Positions 58,579 to 64,000 of a DNA stretch of 64,000 nt are shown piece after piece (position 1 is the first letter of the stretch; each line of letters begins with the position of its first letter). The stretch comes from Candidatus Levyibacteriota bacterium (GTDB lineage: Bacteria; Patescibacteriota; Microgenomatia; Levybacterales; UBA12049), in contig PLZJ01000002.1 of NCBI GenBank assembly GCA_003152105.1, positions 236,257 through 300,256 on the forward strand, in the 5' to 3' direction. The notes under the pieces were generated by a model. It worked only from the letters and a program-made list of their open reading frames with translations. It was not told where the DNA came from and ran no database searches. Made by a program: the position numbers and the translations under genes.

Positions 58579-60690
58579 ATGCCCAGACATAGAAGACGTA
58601 GAATTAAATTAAAGCTACAAACTAAAACTATATACTCACTGTTTGCTTTCGGTTTGTTTATTAGTGGTGTGCTCGCATTACTTTCTTTTACCAGAAGCGG
58701 ACAGTCATTTACGTATGCTAATGATGAATTGTCAAAATATTTTGGTTGGGCGAGCATTTTATTCGCTTTTGCATTAATGCTTCTTGCATTTTTATTCCTT
58801 CAGCTTAAAAAATTTGTCTTGTCCAAACCCAATGTAATACTTGGTTATTTGGTAACATTTATTTCTCTGATGGGCATATCACATAGCGGATTAATTGGGT
58901 TTAACTTATTTGAAACCTTAGCTGCATTTTTAACTCCTCTTGGGACTGGAGCTGTCTTTTTGGCAGGAATTTTTGTAGGCTTAATTGTTTTATTTGATAC
59001 ATCAATTGATGAAATCATTGGTTTTTTCTTTACTATTGTTAATAATTTATACAGATTTTTTCCAAAATCAATACTTTCTCTATTTAAATCAAAACCTAAA
59101 CGATTAACTGATAAACCATTTAAAATTAAGGGTGGTCAAAAAGATTTTAGTGCATCTAACTCACAAAATAGTAATGATATGCAAATTAAAAAAGAGCAAG
59201 TATTAATTGCAGACAAGTTGGTTTCTAATGCAACGATGCTTGGAGGTGGTGTATGGGAATATCCCCCATTGTCATTGCTCTCAGAAGTACCAGGTCAAAA
59301 AGCAGAGCGCGGTGACGTAAAACGTATCGCAAGCGTTATCGAAAAAACGCTCCAAAGTTTTGGAATAGAAGCAAGAGTAGCTGAAGTCAATTTAGGTCCT
59401 GCTGTTACACAATATGCACTTGAAATAGCTTTAGGTACAAAGGTTTCAAAAATTACATCACTTGCGAATGATTTGGCGCTTGCTACAGAAGCTCCAACTG
59501 GTCAAATTAGAATTGAAGCACCAATTCCAGGGAGAAATTTAGTAGGCATCGAAATTCCTAATAGATCTCTTGAAGTTGTTACTCTTCGTACAATGCTAAG
59601 TTCTGCATTAATGCAAAAAAATAAATCTAAATTAGTCGTATCAATGGGGTTAGATGTTTCTGGTACTCCAGTTGTGTCTGATATTTCAAAAATGCCTCAT
59701 GTACTCATAGCGGGAACTACTGGATCAGGTAAGTCTGTTATGATGAATTCTATTATTTCTTCCTTACTTTTTCGAGCATCTCCAGCAGAAGTAAAACTAA
59801 TTTTAGTTGATCCTAAACGAGTAGAATTTACTGCATATAATAATATACCTCATCTTATGACTCCGGTAATTGTTGAACCAGAAAAAATAATTTCTGCACT
59901 TAAGTGGGCCATGGGAGAAATGGATAGGAGATATAAAACATTTGCGGAACGTGGTGTTAGAAATATTGATTCATACAATGAATTATCTGGTTTTCAAGCT
60001 TTACCATATATAGTAATAGTTATCGATGAACTCGCTGATTTAATGATGTTTGCACCAGTTGAAGTCGAAGATGCCATTGCAAGAATTGCTCAAATGGCAA
60101 GAGCTACAGGTATTCATTTAGTAATCGCAACACAACGTCCATCAGTTAACGTTATAACGGGTTTGATAAAGGCAAATATACCTGCTCGTATTGCGTTCAA
60201 TGTTTCCTCAATGATTGATTCTAGGGTCATTATAGACGGTCCAGGGGCTGAAAAATTGCTTGGTCGTGGAGATATGTTATACATTCCACCAGAGCAAGCA
60301 AAGCCAACTAGAATACAAGGTGCATTTGTATCTGAAAAAGAAATAAAGAAGCTCGTTGAATTCCTTAGGCAACAAGGTGGTCCAGTTGAATATACAGAGG
60401 AAGTATTAACGCAGCCAATAATGTCTCGCAAGGGTACAGGTATAACTAGTGCTAATAGTGGTAGCGGAAGAGATGTGCTTTTCGAAGAAGCAATTCGTGT
60501 AGTATGCCAACATGATCGTGCGTCTGCATCATTATTGCAAAGACGTCTTAAGGTAGGATATGCCAGAGCCGCGCGAATTTTAGATGAACTTGAAGAGGCA
60601 GGTATTGTTGGCCCTGGAGAAGGAGCTAAACCAAGAGAAGTACTTACTCAAAATGCTGAAGACATTATTAATAGTCTGCACACACAATAA
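58579..60690 (+). CDS. ftsK: DNA translocase FtsK/SpoIIIE
   Basis: N-terminal TMs, motor domain with Walker A IAGTTGSGKSV, Walker B IVIVIDELADL, and a C-terminal winged-helix gamma domain. Confidence 0.85.
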   Translation: MPRHRRRRIKLKLQTKTIYSLFAFGLFISGVLALLSFTRSGQSFTYANDELSKYFGWASILFAFALMLLAFLFLQLKKFVLSKPNVILGYLVTFISLMGISHSGLIGFNLFETLAAFLTPLGTGAVFLAGIFVGLIVLFDTSIDEIIGFFFTIVNNLYRFFPKSILSLFKSKPKRLTDKPFKIKGGQKDFSASNSQNSNDMQIKKEQVLIADKLVSNATMLGGGVWEYPPLSLLSEVPGQKAERGDVKRIASVIEKTLQSFGIEARVAEVNLGPAVTQYALEIALGTKVSKITSLANDLALATEAPTGQIRIEAPIPGRNLVGIEIPNRSLEVVTLRTMLSSALMQKNKSKLVVSMGLDVSGTPVVSDISKMPHVLIAGTTGSGKSVMMNSIISSLLFRASPAEVKLILVDPKRVEFTAYNNIPHLMTPVIVEPEKIISALKWAMGEMDRRYKTFAERGVRNIDSYNELSGFQALPYIVIVIDELADLMMFAPVEVEDAIARIAQMARATGIHLVIATQRPSVNVITGLIKANIPARIAFNVSSMIDSRVIIDGPGAEKLLGRGDMLYIPPEQAKPTRIQGAFVSEKEIKKLVEFLRQQGGPVEYTEEVLTQPIMSRKGTGITSANSGSGRDVLFEEAIRVVCQHDRASASLLQRRLKVGYARAARILDELEEAGIVGPGEGAKPREVLTQNAEDIINSLHTQ

Positions 60691-60758
60691 ATATGATAGT
60701 GTTTTAGAATCCAAATTACTTGCTTTCTGATTCATGATTATATTTGAAAATTTCAATC

Positions 60759-61391
60759 ATGATAACAATAGGTCAGATACTTAAAAAAGAAAGATTAAAG
60801 AGGAAACTATCACTTACTGATGTTGAGATTGCAACTAAAATTAAATCTAGTTTTCTAGATGCAGTTGAAAAAGGACAGTACGATAAATTACCATCAAGCG
60901 CCTATGCTTCTGGGTTTGTTACTAGTTACGCACAGTTTTTAGACATTCCTAAATCACAAGCCATCGGTTTGTTTAAAAGAGAGTTTGATGAAAAAAGTGC
61001 ATTTAAAGTATTACCAAAAGGTTTTACGAATGAAAAAGATTTTCAACTTCATAGGAGAAGATTTTCTGCACCAGTTTTTGGAATTAGCTTAGTTGTAATA
61101 GCAATTTTAGCATATCTTTTTTTCCAGTACCGTTATGCAATTATTAATCCCCCATTATCCGTTTATACCCCAAAAGATAACTCTATCATAACCTCTCAAA
61201 ATATTATGGTAAAAGGTAGTACTGACCCTAATGCTACGGTAGTTGTTAATACCCAAGAAGTTGCGGTTGATGATAATGGATATTTTTCCACTACTATACC
61301 AGTTTTTCCCGGAACCTCAGTAGTTCATATCGTTGCAACTAACCGATTCGGTAAAGTATCCACAGTTGATCGTAATATAACCGTAAAATAA
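60759..61391 (+). CDS. RodZ-like cytoskeleton-associated protein (HTH_25 plus TM plus C-terminal domain)
   Basis: IGQILKKERLKRKLSLTDVEIATKIKSSFLDAVEKGQYDKLP is a RodZ-type HTH, followed by a TM helix and a beta-rich C-terminal domain. The ORF-track start at 60744 is a TTG, and the ATG at 60759 is preferred. Confidence 0.6.
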   Translation: MITIGQILKKERLKRKLSLTDVEIATKIKSSFLDAVEKGQYDKLPSSAYASGFVTSYAQFLDIPKSQAIGLFKREFDEKSAFKVLPKGFTNEKDFQLHRRRFSAPVFGISLVVIAILAYLFFQYRYAIINPPLSVYTPKDNSIITSQNIMVKGSTDPNATVVVNTQEVAVDDNGYFSTTIPVFPGTSVVHIVATNRFGKVSTVDRNITVK

Positions 61392-61439
61392 TATACTACT
61401 TGCATTTTTTTATTTTCGCTCATTTTTCCGTACTTTGAC

Positions 61440-61840
61440 CAAGGTAGTATATTTGAAAACAGATGGGAGATTTGGCAAACTGCAATTACAGCTGGCTTAA
61501 GCAGTCCTATATTCGGAAATGGATTGGAAACATTGTGCCATTTATGCTTAGTGCGTCTAGTACTGTAAATAATCATTTGCAGCAATATACTATCGATAGC
61601 ACGCATAATATCTTTTTAGATTATTGGGTACAGGGTGGAATTATCGGTGTCATGCTGTTCGGAACAGTGCTCTTCACCGCTTTTTATAAGTTCATAAAAA
61701 ACAATAAAAAATTTGAGATTACTATTCTATTTGGTTTACTCACTGTTTTTTCATTTAACCCTTTAAGTGTAGCTTCGCTTATTGCACTTTGGTGGGTTCT
61801 TGGTCAGGCGTTTATTGTTGACAGTAATCATAGAAAATGA
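61440..61840 (+). pseudogene. 3' remnant of an O-antigen ligase/Wzy_C-family gene, frameshifted
   Basis: Frame 0 (61440-61544) encodes RWEIWQTAITAGLSSPIFGNGLETL, then stops. After a +1 shift near 61530, frame 2 continues ...THNIFLDYWVQGGIIGVMLFGTVLF (the conserved H-N...GxxG block of O-antigen ligases) to 61840. The N-terminal roughly 250 aa of such proteins are absent, since rodZ ends at 61391. Confidence 0.5.
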
Positions 61841-61852
61841 TACGTTAATAAT

Positions 61853-62128
61853 ATGATTGATTCCACACAGCTTGTACTTCTTATTGTTATTGTTGTTCTC
61901 ACGATATTGCTTCTTGTGCTTGGAATTCAAGTATTTTTTATCCTAAAAGAACTTCGTAAGACTATTTTCAAAATGAATAAGGTGCTTGATGATGCAAGTA
62001 CCATAACTGAAAGTGTATCAGAGCCAATATCCTCATTATCTACCATTGTGTCAGGTATGAAAACTGGAGCATTCTTCGCACATCTATTAAAAGGTAAATT
62101 AAGCCATAAGGAGGAAGATGGAGACTAA
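61853..62128 (+). CDS. Small TM plus coiled-coil protein (DUF948-like, hypothetical)
   Basis: One N-terminal TM followed by an amphipathic helix. Confidence 0.3.
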   Translation: MIDSTQLVLLIVIVVLTILLLVLGIQVFFILKELRKTIFKMNKVLDDASTITESVSEPISSLSTIVSGMKTGAFFAHLLKGKLSHKEEDGD

Positions 62129-62492
62129 TAAAAAGCAATCAGGAGGCAAATTTATATCCGGATTTTTTTGGGGTGCAGTTATAGGAGCTGGCGTGGTAGT
62201 TTTTTTAAAAACACAAAAAGGTAAGGATATTCTAAAAAAGTTTTCAGACGAAGGACTAGATCAATTATCTCAATTGACTAATATGGATGAGATGATTGAA
62301 GAGGAAGAAGAAGAGCAAGGTAATCAGCGAATAAATCAAATGCCCGAAAGTACAGAAGGAATCAAAATATTACATGTGCATACAGGACAAGTAGATGCTG
62401 ATAACACAAAAACGACAAATAATATTTCAGAGACAAAAGATAAAGTTAAAAAACAGTCAAAGAAATTCTTCAAGGGATTATCTAAAAAATAA
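62118..62492 (+). CDS. YtxH-like small membrane protein
   Basis: GGKFISGFFWGAVIGAGVVVFLKTQKGKD resembles the YtxH-domain N-terminal glycine-zipper helix. Acidic/lysine-rich tail. Confidence 0.4.
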   Translation: METNKKQSGGKFISGFFWGAVIGAGVVVFLKTQKGKDILKKFSDEGLDQLSQLTNMDEMIEEEEEEQGNQRINQMPESTEGIKILHVHTGQVDADNTKTTNNISETKDKVKKQSKKFFKGLSKK

Positions 62493-62528
62493 TAATCCAT
62501 CTTCTGTGCTACAATATCGCGATATATT

Positions 62529-63527
62529 ATGAAATATCTTTATAAAAACGCTATTGCTGCAGGTACATTTGACCATTTCCATATAGGGCATAAGAAATTG
62601 CTTGATAATGCATTTTCGTTTTCAGAGTTTGTCTACATTTATGTCGTTGCAAATGAGGCGATGTATAGGAAAAAATTATTAGCTTTAACGATTGAATCGT
62701 ATGATAAAAGGCGCGAAGGTATAAGTAATTATATTTTGGAAAATGGATACAATAAGAGAGCAAAAATAATTCCCTTGGACACCATATATGGGGATACGTT
62801 ACAAAATGATAAGCTGGATGCAATCTATGTTACAAATAAAACCTATGCAAACGCAGAGCAAATAAATAGAAAAAGACTTCAGAAAGGTTTTAAGACGCTT
62901 TCAATTATAACTATACCAATGCTTGCTAGTTTAGAAGGAAAAGAAATATCTTCAGAAAGAATTAGATTAGGAGAAATTAACCGAGACGGGATAAGTTTCA
63001 CTGAAGTATTCAAAATGAATAAAATTCTTACATTGCCAATATCACTTCGTGAAACCCTACGGTTGCCATTTGGTACCGTCTTGCAGACTCTAAAAAATAA
63101 CAAGGAATTTAAAGATGCAACCTGTGTTATTACTATTGGAGATATTGTGACAAAAACAGCAATAGAAAGTATAGGTCAGCCTGCAATTAGTATTATTGAT
63201 TTTAAAACGCAAAGAAATGTTATTCAGAATGACAGTATATTAAACGGATTAAAAAAATCTGCTTTAGAAATAAGTAATAGGCCTGGTTCAATCAATACGG
63301 AAATTGTCTTATTATTCCAGAATGCTTTGAGGGTCTATTTTGAAAATAGAAGTAATACTGTAATAGTCGTTGAAGGGGAAGAAGATTTGCTTGCATTACC
63401 CATAATGCTACTTGCCCCACTAGGGTCTATTGTGTTGTATGGTTTGCAGGGAAAGGGTGCCGTAAAAATAGTTATTACAGAAGAAAAGAAAAGAGAAGTG
63501 CAAGTATTATTAGAGAAGTTTTCGTAG
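62529..63527 (+). CDS. Fusion of archaeal-type phosphopantetheine adenylyltransferase (cytidylyltransferase-like) and DUF359 GTP-dependent dephospho-CoA kinase
   Basis: N-terminal AIAAGTFDHFHIGHKKLL (the (H/T)xGH nucleotidyltransferase motif, archaeal PPAT-like). The C-terminal half carries VITIGDIVT...ISIIDFKTQR and VVEGEEDLLALPIMLLAPLGSIVLYGLQGKG, which are the DUF359/COG1909 signatures. Confidence 0.55.
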   Translation: MKYLYKNAIAAGTFDHFHIGHKKLLDNAFSFSEFVYIYVVANEAMYRKKLLALTIESYDKRREGISNYILENGYNKRAKIIPLDTIYGDTLQNDKLDAIYVTNKTYANAEQINRKRLQKGFKTLSIITIPMLASLEGKEISSERIRLGEINRDGISFTEVFKMNKILTLPISLRETLRLPFGTVLQTLKNNKEFKDATCVITIGDIVTKTAIESIGQPAISIIDFKTQRNVIQNDSILNGLKKSALEISNRPGSINTEIVLLFQNALRVYFENRSNTVIVVEGEEDLLALPIMLLAPLGSIVLYGLQGKGAVKIVITEEKKREVQVLLEKFS

Positions 63528-63534
63528 GTTTATT

Positions 63535-64000
63535 TTATAATCCGTATTTTGTAATGTTTGCATTTTGTTTATCCAGTGTTTTTGCAAAATGAGTAACTCC
63601 TTTATTGTCAGCTAAGTAGTATAAATAATCACTTGAAGCAGGATTCGCAGCTGCCTGTAATGATTGCAAGCCTGGGTTGCAAATTGGTCCAGGTGGAAGT
63701 CCAGAGTTAACATATGTATTGTACGAGGAGTTTATTTGCAGATCTGAGGTTGTTAAGTTTTGTTTCCAGTATGTATGATCAGTGGTGTCATATCCAAGTG
63801 CATATTGTACTGTAGCGTCAACTTGCAAAGCCATACCTAGCTTAAGTCTATTCATATATACAGAAGCAATTAATGGTCTATCCGTGTTTGATTTTCCTTC
63901 TCTTTCAATTAATGATGCAAGTATAACTATTTGTTTTTGATTGAGATTTGAATTAATATTTAGTGTTGCATATCGTTTATTGAATGTGTCGGTTAATTCT
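63535..64000 (-). CDS. mltG: Endolytic murein transglycosylase MltG (YceG family), N-terminal part beyond window edge
   Basis: The reading frame stays open to position 64000. ...ILASLIEREGKSNTDRPLIASVYMNRLKLGMALQVDATVQYALG...YNTYVNSGLPPGPICNPG...AAANPASSDYLYYLADNKGVTHFAKT are YceG/MltG signature blocks. The Met at 63855 listed in the ORF track is internal. Confidence 0.7.
   Translation of the reverse strand, partial: ELTDTFNKRYATLNINSNLNQKQIVILASLIEREGKSNTDRPLIASVYMNRLKLGMALQVDATVQYALGYDTTDHTYWKQNLTTSDLQINSSYNTYVNSGLPPGPICNPGLQSLQAAANPASSDYLYYLADNKGVTHFAKTLDKQNANITKYGL

Noticed and set aside
60744-60758. TTG start proposed by the ORF track for the rodZ-like gene
   Set aside because: An in-frame ATG at 60759 gives the typical RodZ N-terminus (MITIGQILKKERLK). 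The TTG extension adds five residues with no support.

Overview
The window is AT-rich and gene-dense, with compact, often overlapping genes. It reads like a small-genome, Gram-positive-type bacterium (many features fit Candidate Phyla Radiation/Patescibacteria), and is mostly core chromosome. I found no rRNA, tRNA, CRISPR array or obvious transposase by eye.

Recognisable conserved blocks:
- Stress chaperones: hrcA-grpE-dnaK-dnaJ and groES-groEL, each preceded by a variant CIRCE operator.
- Transcription/translation and RNA turnover: nusA-infB-(degenerate NrnA-like)-rpsO-pnp-(Lon-like AAA+ only)-rnj-ftsK-rodZ.
- Other core genes: lepA, murJ, rpsT, metG, tatD, tpiA, truB, uvrD/pcrA, FemAB, LCP, mltG (partial).

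Between these lie accessory envelope regions:
- Two clusters of integral-membrane GT-C-type glycosyltransferases (including a YYY/DUF2298 protein) with a decaprenyl-phosphate phosphoribosyltransferase-like UbiA enzyme, a MraY/WecA-type transferase, a processive GT2, an NAD-epimerase, an FAD oxidoreductase and HAD phosphatases. Together these suggest a polyprenyl-phosphate-sugar dependent cell-surface glycan pathway.
- An orphan PilN/PilO-like pair with PT-rich surface proteins.
- A divergent locus encoding a metzincin protease interrupted by a long Q/N-rich coiled-coil insert, followed by a coiled-coil J-domain protein.
- A membrane protein carrying a DsbA-like domain whose CxxC is replaced by STTS.

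Observations worth a second look:
- A Lon-family AAA+ module lacking both the N-terminal and the protease domains, wedged between PNPase and RNase J.
- An NrnA-position DHH protein with DHH replaced by DNN.
- An archaeal-type PPAT plus DUF359 dephospho-CoA kinase fusion.
- A frameshifted O-antigen-ligase remnant.
- Several promoters whose -10 box lies 6-9 nt from the start codon, implying leaderless mRNAs.
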